The notes: a model not told the origin generated them from the sequence alone. A DNA stretch of 23,295 nucleotides from Utricularia gibba (GCA_002189035.1 NEEC01000292.1:1-23295), one strand, 5' to 3'. Positions 8,712 to 22,421 are shown, counted from the stretch's first letter. Made by a program: numbers and translations.

Positions 8712-11700
8712 AATTTAAACAAATGCATCATTTTTTTTAATCGATTTGCATCCAGTTGACCTCATGAGCCATACAGAATCGGGGTCAAGGACCAAGTTCC
8801 CAGCGAGACTGGCCGCCACAAAACGAGAAGCGGTTCCTTGAAAAACCATGTAGGCAGCCCCCGAAAACCGAACGATAATAAATACATCACTTTATTTGCC
8901 GGACTACAACTACTCTGGGCAAGCCAAACCTTACCTTTCCCGTTCCAGTGCACCCAAAGACCGCCTGCTCAAGTATAAAGTAAGTTGTTGAAAAAATCAT
9001 GTGGGGTGCACGTGATATCGCAATTTAAACAAATGCAACATTTATTCATCGATTTGCATCCTTTTGTCCTCATGAGCCATAAAGAATCGGGCCCGGACCA
9101 AGTTCCTAGCGAGACTGGCCGCCACAAAACGAGAAGCTGTTCCTTGAAAAACCATGTAGGCAACACCGAAAACCGAACGTTAATAAATACATCACTTTCT
9201 TTGCCGGGCTACAACTTACTTTGGGCCAAGGCCTAAGCTGACCTTTTTCCGGTTCCAAGTGCCCCCCAAGACCGCCTCCTCATGTATAAAGTATGTTGTT
9301 AAAAAATCATGTGGGGTGCACGTGACATCGTAATTTAAACAAATGCATCATTTTTTAATCGATTTGCATCCAGTTCCTCATGAGCCATACAGAATCGGGG
9401 TCAAGGACCAAGTTCCCAGCGAGACTGGCCGCCACAAAACGAGAAGCGGTTCCTTGAAAAACCATGTAGGCACCCCCGAAACCGAACGATAATAAATACA
9501 TCACTTTATTTGCCGGACTACAACTTACTTTGGGCCAAGCCTAAGCTGATCTTTTTCCGGTTCCAAGTGCCCCCCAAAGACCGCCTCCTCAAGTATAAAG
9601 TAAGTTGTTGAAAAAATCATGTGGGGTGCACGTGATATCGCAATTTAAACAAATGCAATCATTTTTTTCGATTTGCATCCAGTTGACCTCATGAGCCATA
9701 CAGAATCGGGTCGGACCAAGTTCCCAGCGAGACTGGCCGCCACAAAACGAGAAGCTGTTCCTTGAAAAACCATGTAGGCAACACCGAAAACCGAACGTTA
9801 ATAAATACATCACTTTCTTTGCCGGGCTACAACTTACTTTGGGCCAAGGCCTAAGCTGACCTTTTTCCGGTTCCAAGTGCCCCCCAAGACCGCCTCCTCA
9901 TGTATAAAGTATGTTGTTAAAAAATCATGTGGGTGCACGTGACATCGTAATTTAAACAAATGCATCATTTTTTTAATCGATTTGCATCCAGTTGACCTCA
10001 TGAGCCATACAGAATCGGGTCAAGGACCAAGTTCCCAGCGAGACTGGCCGCCACAAAACGAGAAGCGGTTCCTTGAAAAACCATGTAGGCAGCCCCCGAA
10101 AACCGAACGATAATAAATACATCACTTTATTTGCCGGACTACAACTAACTCTCGGGCAAGCCAAATACCTTTTCCCGTTCCAGTGCACCCAAGACCGCCT
10201 GCTCAAGTATAAAGTAAGTTGTTGAAAAAATCATGTGGGGTGCACGTGATATCGCAATTAAACAAATGCAACATTGTATTCATCGATTTGCATCCTTTTG
10301 TCCTCATGAGCCATAAGAATCGCGGGCCCGGACCAAGTTCCTAGCGAGACTGGCCGCCACAAAACGAGAAGCTGTTCCTTGAAAAACCATGTAGGCAACA
10401 CCGAAAACCGAACGTTAATAAATACATCACTTTCTTTGCCGGGCTACAACTTACTTTGGGCCAAGGCCTAAGCTGACCTTTTTCCGGTTCCAAGTGCCCC
10501 CCAAGACCGCCTCCTCATGTATAAAGTATGTTGTTAAAAAATCATGTGGGGTGCACGTGACATCGTAATTTAAACAAATGCATCATTTTTTTTAATCGAT
10601 TTGCATCCAGTTGACCTCATGAGCCATACAGAATCGGGTCAAGGACCAAGTTCCCAGCGAGACTGGCCGCCACAAAACGAGAAGCTTTCCTTGAAAAACC
10701 ATGTAGGCACCCCCGAAAACCGAACGATAATAAATACATCACTTTATTTGCCGGACTACAACTTACTTTGGGCCAAGGCTTAAGCTGATCATTTTTCGTT
10801 GGTTCATGAGCCATACAGAATCGGGGTCCCAAGACCCCTCCTCATGTATGTACGTTGTTAAAAGAAATCATGTGGGGTGCACGTGACATCGTAATTTAAA
10901 CAAATGCATCATTTTTCATCGATTTGCATCCAGTTCCTCATGAGCCATAAGAATCGGGTCAAGGACCAAGTTCCCAGCGAGACTGGCCGCCACAAAACGA
11001 GAAGCTGTTCCTTGAAAAACCATGTAGGCAACACCGAAAACCGAACGTTAATAAATACATCACTTTCTTTGCCGGGCTACAACTTACTTTGGGCCAAGGC
11101 CTAAGCTGACCTTTTTCCGGTTCCAAGTGCCCCCCAAGACCGCCTCCTCATGTATAAAGTATGTTGTTAAAAAAATCATGTGGGGTGCACGTGACATCGT
11201 AATTTAAACAAATGCATCATTTTTTTTAATCGATTTGCATCCAGTTGACCTCATGAGCCATACAGAATCGGGGTCAAGGACCAAGTTCCCAGCGAGACTG
11301 GCCGCCACAAAACGAGAAGCGGTTCCTTGAAAAACCATGTAGGCAGCCCCCGAAAACCGAACGATAATAAATACATCACTTTATTTGCCGGACTACAACT
11401 AACTCTGGTGCAAGCCAAACCTACCTTTTTCCCGTTCCAGTGCACCCAAAGACCGCCTGCTCAAGTATAAAGTAAGTTGTTGAAAAAATCATGTGGGGTG
11501 CACGTGATATCGCAATTTAAACAAATGCAACATTGTATTCATCGATTTGCATCCTTTTGTCCTCATGAGCCATAAAGAATCGCGGGCCCGGACCAAGTTC
11601 CTAGCGAGACTGGCCGCCACAAAACGAGAAGCTGTTCCTTGAAAAACCATGTAGGCAACACCGAAAACCGAACGTTAATAAATACATCACTTTCTTTGCC

Positions 11701-13383
11701 GGGCTACAACTTACTTTGGGCCAAGGCCTAAGCTGACCTTTTTCCGGTTCCAAGTGCCCCCAAGACCGCCTCCTCATGTATAAAGTATGTTGTTAAAAAA
11801 ATCATGTGGGGTGCACGTGACATCGTAATTTAAACAAATGCATCATTTTTTTAATCGATTTGCATCCAGTTGACCTCATGAGCCATACAGAATCGGGGTC
11901 AAGGACCAAGTTCCCAGCGAGACTGGCCGCCACAAAACGAGAAGCGGTTCCTTGAAAAACCATGTAGGCAGCCCCCGAAAACCGAACGATAATAAATACA
12001 TCACTTTATTTGCCGGACTACAACTACTGGCCAAGCCTAAGCTACCTTTTTCCGTTCCAAGTGCCCCCAAGACCGCCTCCTCAGTATAAAGTAAGTTGTT
12101 AAAAAAATCATGTGGGGTGCACGTGATATCGCAATTTAAACAAATGCACATTTTTCATCGATTTGCATCCTTTTGACCTCATGAGCCATAAGAATCGGGT
12201 GGACCAAGTTCCCAGCGAGACTGGCCGCCACAAAACGAGAAGCTGTTCCTTGAAAAACCATGTAGGCAACACCGAAAACCGAACGTTAATAAATACATCA
12301 CTTTCTTTGCCGGGCTACAACTTACTTTGGGCCAAGGCCTAAGCTGACCTTTTTCCGGTTCCAAGTGCCCCCCAAGACCGCCTCCTCATGTATAAAGTAT
12401 GTTGTTAAAAAAATCATGTGGGGTGCACGTGACATCGTAATTTAAACAAATGCATCATTTTTTTTAATCGATTTGCATCCAGTTGACCTCATGAGCCATA
12501 CAGAATCGGGTCAAGGACCAAGTTCCCAGCGAGACTGGCCGCCACAAAACGAGAAGCGGTTCCTTGAAAAACCATGTAGGCAGCCCCCGAAAACCGAACG
12601 ATAATAAATACATCACTTTATTTGCCGGACTACAACTAACTCTCGGTGCAAGCCAAACCTACCTTTGTCCCGTTCCAGGTGCCCCAAAGACCGCCTGCTC
12701 AAGTATAAAGTAAGTTGTTGAAAAAATCATGTGGGGTGCACGTGATATCGCAATTTAAACAAATGCAACATTGTATTCATCGATTTGCATCCTTTTGTCC
12801 TCATGAGCCATAAAGAATCGGGCCCGGACCAAGTTCCTAGCGAGACTGGCCGCCACAAAACGAGAAGCTGTTCCTTGAAAAACCATGTAGGCAACACCGA
12901 AAACCGAACGTTAATAAATACATCACTTTCTTTGCCGGGCTACAACTTACTTTGGCCAAGCCAAGGCCTAAGCTGACCTTTTTCCGGTTCCAAGTGCCCC
13001 CAAGACCGCCTCCTCATGTATAAAGTATGTTGTTAAAAAAATCATGTGGGGTGCACGTGACATCGTAATTTAAACAAATGCATCATTTTTTTTAATCGAT
13101 TTGCATCCAGTTGACCTCATGAGCCATACAGAATCGGGGTCAAGGACCAAGTTCCCAGCGAGACTGGCCGCCACAAAACGAGAAGCGGTTCCTTGAAAAA
13201 CCATGTAGGCAGCCCCCGAAAACCGAACGATAATAAATACATCACTTTATTTGCCGGACTACAACTAACTCTTTGCGGTGCAAGCCAAACCTACCTTTGT
13301 CCCGTTCCAGTGCCCCCAAAGACCGCCTGCTCAAGTATAAAGTAAGTTGTTGAAAAAATCATGTGGGGTGCACGTGATATCGC
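8712..13383 (+). repeat. In-phase HOR block 3 (15 monomers, A to A) with blended patches near 9520-9730, 10760-10980 and 12020-12210
   Basis: Monomer starts at 8712, 9022, 9332, 9642, 9949, 10256, 10567, 10893, 11201, 11514, 11827, 12133, 12439, 12752, 13067. Confidence 0.9.
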
Positions 13384-14376
13384 AATTTAACAAATGCAAC
13401 ATTGTATTCATCGATTTGCATCCTTTGTGTCCTGCTGCCTATAAAGAATAAGTAAGTTGAAAAAAATCATGTGGGGTGCACGTGATATCGCAATTTAAAC
13501 AAGCTGCATTCCTTTCATTCGATGTTGTCCTTTGAACCTGATAATAAATACATCACTGGCCCGCATCCAACCTCATGCAAGGACCAAGTTCCCAGCGAGA
13601 CTGGCCGCCACAAAACGAGAAGCTAGTTGCCGGCTACAACTTACTTTGGCCAAGGCCTAAGCTGACCTTTTTCCGGTTCCAAGTGCCCCCCAAGACCGCC
13701 TCCTCATGTATAAAGTATGTTGTTAAAAAAATCATGTGGGGTGCACGTGACATCGTAATTTAAACAAATGCATCATTTTTTTAATCGATTTGCATCCAGT
13801 TGACCTCATGAGCCATACAGAATCGGGTCAAGGACCAAGTTCCCAGCGAGACTGGCCGCCACAAAACGAGAAGCGGTTCCTTGAAAAACCATGTAGGCAG
13901 CCCCGAAAACCGAACGATAATAAATACATCACTTTATTTGCCGGACTACAACTAACTCTCGCAAGCCAAACCTACCTTTGTCCCGTTCCAGCTGCACAAC
14001 ACCAAGGGCCAAGGGCTAAGCTTGTTGAAAAAATCATTGAGTGCTGTAAGACCGCCTCCTCAGTATAAAGTATGTTGTTAAAAAAATCATGTGGGGTGCA
14101 CGTGACATCGTAATTTAAACAAATGCATCATTTTTTTTAATCGATTTGCATCCAGTTGACCTCATGAGCCATACAGAATTCAAGGACCAAGTTCCCAGCG
14201 AGACTGGCCGCCACAAAACGAGAAGCGGTTCCTTGAAAAACCATGTAGGCAGCCCCGAAAACCGAACGATAAAAATACATCACTTTATTTGCCGGACTGC
14301 AAGCCCCGTTCCAAAGACCGCCTTCAAGTATAAAGTAAGTTGTTGAAAAAATCATGTGGGGTGCACGTGATATCGC
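13384..14376 (+). repeat. Disordered segment with truncated or expanded units (108, 265, 355, 265 bp); HOR phase slip 3
   Basis: Unit starts at 13384, 13492, 13757 and 14112. The B-to-B distance 13384 to 14377 is 993 bp, not a multiple of ~625. Confidence 0.88.
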
Positions 14377-15239
14377 AATTTAAACAAATGCAACATTGTA
14401 TTCATCGATTTGCATCCTTTGTCCTCATGAGCCATAAAGAATCGCGGGCCCGGACCAAGTTCCTAGCGAGACTGGCCGCCACAAAACGAGAAGCTGTTCC
14501 TTGAAAAACCATGTAGGCAACACCGAAAACCGAACGTTAATAAATACATCACTTTCTTTGCCGGGCTACAACTTACTTTGGGCCAAGGCCTAAGCTGACC
14601 TTTTTCCGGTTCCAAGTGCCCCCAAGACCGCCTCCTCATATAAAGTAGTTGTTAAAAAAATCATGTGGGGTGCACGTGACATCGTAATTTAAACAAATGC
14701 ATCATTTTTTTTAATCGATTTGCATCCAGTTGACCTCATGAGCCATACAGAATCGGGGTCAAGGACCAAGTTCCCAGCGAGACTGGCCGCCACAAAACGA
14801 GAAGCGGTTCCTTGAAAAACCATGTAGGCAGCCCCCGAAAACCGAACGATAATAAATACATCACTTTATTTGCCGGACTACAACTAACTTCGTGGCAAGC
14901 CAAACCTTACCTTTGTCCCGTTCCAGGTGCACCCAAAGACCGCCTGCTCAAGTATAAAGTAAGTTGTTGAAAAAATCATGTGGGGTGCACGTGATATCGC
15001 AATTTAAACAAATGCAACATTATTCATCGATTTGCATCCTTTTGTCCTCATGAGCCATAAAGAATCGCGGGCCCGGACCAAGTTCCTAGCGAGACTGGCC
15101 GCCACAAAACGAGAAGCTGTTCCTTGAAAAACCATGTAGGCAACACCGAAAACCGAACGTTAATAAATACATCACTTTCTTTGCCGGGCTACAACTTACT
15201 TTGGGCCAAGGCCTAAGCTGACTTTTTCCGGTTCCAAGT

Positions 15240-15705
15240 GCTCCTACATGTTGCACGTGACATCGTAAGGCCTAATGAGCCATGACCAAGGACCAAGTTC
15301 CCAGCGAGACTGGCCGCCACAAAACGAGAAGCGTTCCTTGAAAAACCATGTAGGCAGCCCCCGAAAACCGAACGATCCAAGTGCCCCCAAGACCGCCTCC
15401 TAAGCTGACCTTTTTCCGGTTCCAAGTGCCCCCCAAGACATGCATCATTTTTTTTAATCGATTTGCATCCAGTACCTCATGAGCCATAAAGTATGTTGTG
15501 CTCAAGTATAAAGTAAGTTGTTGAAAAAATCATGTGGGGTGCACGTGATATCGCAATTTAAACAAATGCAACATTGTATTCATCGATTTGCATCCTAAGC
15601 CATAAAAGTTCCTATCATGTGGGGTGCACGTGACATCAAATGCATCATTTTTTTTAATCGATTTGCATCCAATTTAATCACTTTATTTGCCGGACAAATG
15701 CATCA
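15240..15705 (+). repeat. Scrambled segment composed of out-of-order satellite fragments
   Basis: Short pieces of A and B in non-canonical order but all on the + strand, for example GAACGAT|CCAAGTGCCCC, GCCTCCT|AAGCTGACC, CCAAGAC|ATGCATCATTTT and GAGCCATAAAG|TATGTTG. Confidence 0.9.
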
Positions 15706-15928
15706 GCGAGACTGGCCGCCACAAAACGAGAAGCTGTTCCTTGAAAAACCATGTAGGCAACACCGAAAACCGAACGTTAATAAATACATCACTTTCTTTG
15801 CCGGGCTACAACTTACTTTGGGCCAAGGCCTAAGCTGACCTTTTTCCGGTTCCAAGTGCCCCCAAGACCGCCTCCTCATGTATAAAGTATGTTGTTAAAA
15901 AAATCATGTGGGGTGCACGTGACATCGT

Positions 15929-18900
15929 AATTTAAACAAATGCATCATTTTTTTTAATCGATTTGCATCCAGTGACCTCATGAGCCATACAGAATCGGGG
16001 TCAAGGACCAAGTTCCAGCGAGACTGGCCGCCACAAAACGAGAAGCGGTTCCTTGAAAAACCATGTAGGCAGCCCCCGAAAACCGAACGATAATAAATAC
16101 ATCACTTTATTTGCCGGACTACAACTTACTTTGGCAAGCCTAAGCTATCTTTTTCCGTTCCAAGTGCCCCCCAAGACGCCTCCTCAAGTATAAAGTAAGT
16201 TGTTGAAAAAATCATGTGGGTGCACGTGATATCGCAATTTAAACAAATGCAACATTTTTTCATCGATTTGCATCCTTTTGTCCTCATGAGCCATAAAGAA
16301 TCGGGCCGGACCAAGTTCCTAGCGAGACTGGCCGCCACAAAACGAGAAGCTGTTCCTTGAAAAACCATGTAGGCAACACCGAAAACCGAACGTTAATAAA
16401 TACATCACTTTCTTTGCCGGGCTACAACTTACTTTGGGCCAAGGCCTAAGCTGACCTTTTTCCGGTTCCAAGTGCCCCCAAGACCGCCTCCTCATGTATA
16501 AAGTATGTTGTTAAAAAAATCATGTGGGTGCACGTGACATCGTAATTTAAACAAATGCATCATTTTTTTTAATCGATTTGCATCCAGTTGACCTCATGAG
16601 CCATACAGAATCGGGTCAAGGACCAAGTTCCCAGCGAGACTGGCCGCCACAAAACGAGAAGCGGTTCCTTGAAAAACCATGTAGGCAGCCCCCGAAAACC
16701 GAACGATAATAAATACATCACTTTATTTGCCGGACTACAACTAACTCTCGGTGCAAGCCAAACCTACCTTTGTCCCGTTCCAGGTGCACCCAAAGACCGC
16801 CTGCTCAAGTATAAAGTAAGTTGTTGAAAAAATCATGTGGGTGCACGTGATATCGCAATTTAAACAAATGCAACATTGTATTCATCGATTTGCATCCTTT
16901 TGTCCTCATGAGCCATAAAGAATCGCGGGCCCGGACCAAGTTCCTAGCGAGACTGGCCGCCACAAAACGAGAAGCTGTTCCTTGAAAAACCATGTAGGCA
17001 ACACCGAAAACCGAACGTTAATAAATACATCACTTTCTTTGCCGGGCTACAACTTACTTTGGGCCAAGGCCTAAGCTGATCTTTTTCCGGTTCCAAGTGC
17101 CCCCAAGACCGCCTCCTCATGTATAAAGTATGTTGTTAAAAAAATCATGTGGGGTGCACGTGACATCGTAATTTAAACAAATGCATCATTTTTTTTAATC
17201 GATTTGCATCCAGTTGACCTCATGAGCCATACAGAATCGGGGTCAAGGCAGCAGAGACTGGCCGCCACAAAACGAGAAGCGGTTCCTTGAAAAACCATGT
17301 AGGCAGCCCCCGAAAACCGAACGATAATAAATACATCACTTTATTTGCCGGACTACAACTAACTCTCGGTGCAAGCCAAACCTTACCTTTGTCCGTTCCA
17401 GGTGCACCCAAAGACCGCCTGCTCAAGTATAAAGTAAGTTGTTGAAAAAATCATGTGGGGTGCACGTGATATCGCAATTTAAACAAATGCAACATTGTAT
17501 TCATCGATTTGCATCCTTTTGTCCTCATGAGCCATAAAGAATCGCGGGCCCGGACCAAGTTCCTAGCGAGACTGGCCGCCACAAAACGAGAAGCTGTTCC
17601 TTGAAAAACCATGTAGGCAACACCGAAAACCGAACGTTAATAAATACATCACTTTCTTTGCCGGGCTACAACTTACTTTGGGCCAAGGCCTAAGCTGATC
17701 TTTTTCCGGTTCCAAGTGCCCCCAAGACCGCCTCTCATGTATAAAGTATGTTGTTAAAAAAATCATGTGGGGTGCACGTGACATCGTAATTTAAACAAAT
17801 GCATCATTTTTTTTAATCGATTTGCATCCAGTTGACCTCATGAGCCATACAGAATCGGGTCAAGGACCAAGTTCCCAGCGAGACTGGCCGCCACAAAACG
17901 AGAAGCGGTTCCTTGAAAAACCATGTAGGCAGCCCCCGAAAACCGAACGATAATAAATACATCACTTTATTTGCCGCAACTAACTCTCGGTGCAAGCCAA
18001 ACCTTACCTTTGTCCCGTTCCAGGTGCACCCAAAGACCGCCTGCTCAAGTATAAAGTAAGTTGTTGAAAAAATCATGTGGGTGCACGTGATATCGCAATT
18101 TAAACAAATGCAACATTGTATTCATCGATTTGCATCCTTTTGTCCTCATGAGCCATAAAGAATCGCGGGCCCGGACCAAGTTCCTAGCGAGACTGGCCGC
18201 CACAAAACGAGAAGCTGTTCCTTGAAAAACCATGTAGGCAACACCGAAAACCGAACGTTAATAAATACATCACTTTCTTTGCCGGGCTACAACTTACTTT
18301 GGGCCAAGGCCTAAGCTGACCTTTTTCCGGTTCCAAGTGCCCAAGACCGCCTCCTCATGTATAAAGTATGTTGTTAAAAAAATCATGTGGGGTGCACGTG
18401 ACATCGTAATTTAAACAAATGCATCATTTTTTTTAATCGATTTGCATCCAGTTGACCTCATGAGCCATACAGAATCGGGTCAAGGACCAAGTTCCCAGCG
18501 AGACTGGCCGCCACAAAACGAGAAGCGGTTCCTTGAAAAAACCATGTAGGCCCCCGAAAACCGAACGATAATAAATACATCACTTTATTTGCCGGACTAC
18601 AACTAACTCTCTGCAAGCCAAACCTTACCTTTGTCCCGTTCCAGGTGCACCCAAAGACCGCCTGCTCAAGTATAAAGTAAGTTGTTGAAAAAATCATGTG
18701 GGGTGCACGTGATATCGCAATTTAAACAAATGCAACATTTTTCATCGATTTGCATCCTTTTGTCCTCATGAGCCATAAAGAATCGGGGCGGACCAAGTTC
18801 CTAGCGAGACTGGCCGCCACAAAACGAGAAGCTGTTCCTTGAAAAACCATGTAGGCAACACCGAAAACCGAACGTTAATAAATACATCACTTTCTTTGCC

Positions 18901-20894
18901 GGGCTACAACTTACTTTGGGCCAAGGCCTAAGCTGACCTTTTTCCCGTTCCAAGTGCCCCCCAAGACCGCCTCCTCATGTATAAAGTATGTTGTTAAAAA
19001 AATCATGTGGGGTGCACGTGACATCGTAATTTAAACAAATGCATCATTTTTTTTAATCGATTTGCATCCAGTTGACCTCATGAGCCATACAGAATCGGGT
19101 CAAGGACCAAGTTCCAGCGAGACTGGCCGCCACAAAACGAGAAGCGGTTCCTTGAAAAACCATGTAGGCAGCCCCCGAAAACCGAACGATAATAAATACA
19201 TCACTTTATTTGCCGGACTACAACTAACTCTCGGTGCAAGCCAAACCTACCTTTGTCCCGTTCCAGTGCACCCAAAGACCGCCTGCTCAAGTATAAAGTA
19301 AGTTGTTGAAAAAATCATGTGGGGTGCACGTGATATCGCAATTTAAACAAATGCAACATTTTTCATCGATTTGCATCCTTTTGTCCTCATGAGCCATAAA
19401 GAATCGGGGCCGGACCAAGTTCCTAGCGAGACTGGCCGCCACAAAACGAGAAGCTGTTCCTTGAAAAACCATGTAGGCAACACCGAAAACCGAACGTTAA
19501 TAAATACATCACTTTCTTTGCCGGGCTACAACTTACTTTGGGCCAAGGCCTAAGCTGACCTTTTTCCGGTTCCAAGTGCCCCCAAGACCGCCTCCTCATG
19601 TATAAAGTATGTTGTTAAAAAATCATGTGGGGTGCACGTGACATCGTAATTTAAACAAATGCATCATTTTTTTTAATCGATTTGCATCCAGTTGACCTCA
19701 TGAGCCATACAGAATCGGGGTCAAGGACCAAGTTCCCAGCGAGACTGGCCGCCACAAAACGAGAAGCGGTTCCTTGAAAAACCATGTAGGCAGCCCCCGA
19801 AAACCGAACGATAATAAATACATCACTTTATTTGCCGGACTACAACTAACTCTCGGTGCAAGCCAAACCTACCTTTGTCCCGTTCCAGTGCACCCAAAGA
19901 CCGCCTGCTCAAGTATAAAGTAAGTTGTTGAAAAAATCATGTGGGTGCACGTGATATCGCAATTTAAACAAATGCAACATTGTATTCATCGATTTGCATC
20001 CTTTTGTCCTCATGAGCCATAAAGAATCGCGGGCCCGGACCAAGTTCCTAGCGAGACTGGCCGCCACAAAACGAGAAGCTGTTCCTTGAAAAACCATGTA
20101 GGCAACACCGAAAACCGAACGTTAATAAATACATCACTTTTTTGCCGGGCTACAACTTACTTTGGGCCAAGGCCTAAGCTGACCTTTTTCCGGTTCCAAG
20201 TGCCCCCAAGACCGCCTCCTCATGTATAAAGTAAGTTGTTAAAAAAATCATGTGGGGTGCACGTGACATCGTAATTTAAACAAATGCATCATTTTTTTTA
20301 ATCGATTTGCATCCAGTTGACCTCATGAGCCATACAGAATCGGGGTCAAGGACCAAGTTCCCAGCGAGACTGGCCGCCACAAAACGAGAAGCGGTTCCTT
20401 GAAAAACCATGTAGGCAGCCCCCGAAAACCGAACGATAATAAATACATCACTTTATTTGCCGGACTACAACTAACTCTCGGTGCAAGCCAAACCTACCTT
20501 TTCCCGTTCCAGGTGCACCCAAGACCGCCTGCTCAAGTATAAAGTAAGTTGTTGAAAAAATCATGTGGGTGCACGTGATATCGCAATTTAAACAAATGCA
20601 ACATTTTATTCATCGATTTGCATCCTTTTGTCCTCATGAGCCATAAAGAATCGCGGGCCCGGACCAAGTTCCTAGCGAGACTGGCCGCCACAAAACGAGA
20701 AGCTGTTCCTTGAAAAACCATGTAGGCAACACCGAAAACCGAACGTTAATAAATACATCACTTTCTTTGCCGGGCTACAACTTACTTTGGGCCAAGCCTA
20801 AGCTGACCTTTTTCCGGTTCCAAGTGCACCCAAGACCGCCTCCTCAAGTATAAGTATGTTGTTAAAAAAATCATGGGGGTGCACGTGACATCGT
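15929..20894 (+). repeat. In-phase HOR block: (A-B)x8, the cleanest stretch of the window
   Basis: A at 15929, 16544, 17170, 17788, 18408, 19028, 19648, 20273; B at 16236, 16857, 17476, 18097, 18719, 19340, 19961, 20585. Confidence 0.95.
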
Positions 20895-22421
20895 AATTTA
20901 AACAAATGCATCATTTTTTTAATCGATTTGCATCCAGTTGACCTCATGAGCCATACAGAATCGGGGTCAAGGACCAAGTTCCCAGCGAGACTGGCCGCCA
21001 CAAAACGAGAAGCTGTTCCTTGAAAAACCATGTAGGCAACACCGAAAACCGAACGTTAATAAATACATCACTTTCTTTGCCGGGCTACAACTTACTTTGG
21101 GCCAAGGCCTAAGCTGATCTTTTTCCGGTTCCAAGTGCACCCAAAGACCGCCTTCTCAAGTATAAAGTAAGTTTTGAAAAAATCATGTGGGTGCACGTGA
21201 CATCATAATTTAAACAAATGGATCATTTTTTTTAATCGATTTGCATCCAGTTGACCTCATGAGCCATACAGAATCGGGTCAAGGACCAAGTTCCCAGCGA
21301 GACTGGCCCCACAAAACGAGAAGCGTTCCTTGAAAAACCATGTAGCAGCCCCCGAAAACCGAACGATAATAAATACATCACTTTATTTGCCGGACTACAA
21401 CTTACTTTGGGCCAAGCCTAAGCTGATCTTTTTCCGTTCCAAGTGCCCCCAAGACCGCCTCCTCAGTATAAAGTAAGTTTTGAAAAAATCATGTGGGGTG
21501 CACGTGATATCGCAATTTAAACAAATGCAACATTGTTTTCATCGATTTGCATCCTTTTGTCCTCATGAGCCATAAAGAATCGGGGCCCGGACCAAGTTCC
21601 TAGCGAGACTGGCCGCCACAAAACGAGAAGCTGTTCCTTGAAAAACCATGTAGGCAACACCGAAAACCGAACGTTAATAAATACATCACTTTCTTTGCCG
21701 GGCTACAACTTACTTTGGGCCAAGCCTAAGCTGATCTTTTTTCCGGTTCCAAGTGCACCCAAAGACCGCCTCTCAAGTATAAAGTAAGTTGTTGAAAAAA
21801 TCATGTGGGGTGCACGTGACATCGCAATTTAAACAAATGCATCATTTTTTAATCGATTTGCATCCTTTGACCTCATGAGCCATACAGAATCGGGTCAAGG
21901 ACCAAGTTCCCAGCGAGACTGGCCGCCACAAAACGAGAAGCGGTTCCTTGAAAAACCATGTAGGCAGCCCCCGAAAACCGAACGATAATAAATACATCAC
22001 TTTATTTGCCGGCTACAACTACTTTGGCAAGCCTAAGCTGACCTTTTCCGGTTCCAAGTGCCCCAAGACCGCCTCCTCAAGTATAAAGTAAGTTGTTAAA
22101 AAAATCATGTGGGTGCACGTGACATCCAATTTAAACAAATGCCATTTTTTCATCGATTTGCATCCTTTTGTCCTCATGAGCCATACAGAATCGGGGGACC
22201 AAGTTCCCAGCGAGACTGGCCGCCACAAAACGAGAAGCGTTCCTTGAAAAACCATGTAGGCAGCCCCGAAAACCGAACGATAATAAATACATCACTTTTT
22301 GCCGGACTACAACTTACTTTGGCCAAGCCTAAGCTTCTTTTTCCGTTCCAGTGCCCCCAAGACCGCCTCCTCAGTATAAAGTAAGTTGTTGAAAAAATCA
22401 TGTGGGTGCACGTGATATCGC
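20895..22421 (+). repeat. Five mosaic monomers containing HOR phase slips 4 (20895) and 5 (22128)
   Basis: The monomer at 20895 has an A head and B body and is followed by an A-like monomer at 21207. The monomer at 22128 has a B-like head, A middle and A tail (294 bp) and is followed by a B at 22422. Confidence 0.85.

Noticed and set aside
1869-11827. Possible ~6.5-kb (21-monomer) super-HOR: 1869 to 8402 is 6533 bp and 5296 to 11827 is 6531 bp
   Set aside because: The period does not continue (no matching chimera near 14935, and a normal A near 18400). The shared features are generic A/B blends that a consensus artefact would reproduce anywhere.
12952-12970. Local duplication GGCCAAGCCAAGGCC
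   Set aside because: It is a single occurrence that looks like A (AAGCCAA) and B (CCAAGGCC) alleles written in series, so probably an error.
14041-14048. GTGCTGTA, matching the 3' end of vertebrate 5S rRNA
   Set aside because: It is a single 8-mer in a jumbled patch, out of collinear order and absent from other monomers.
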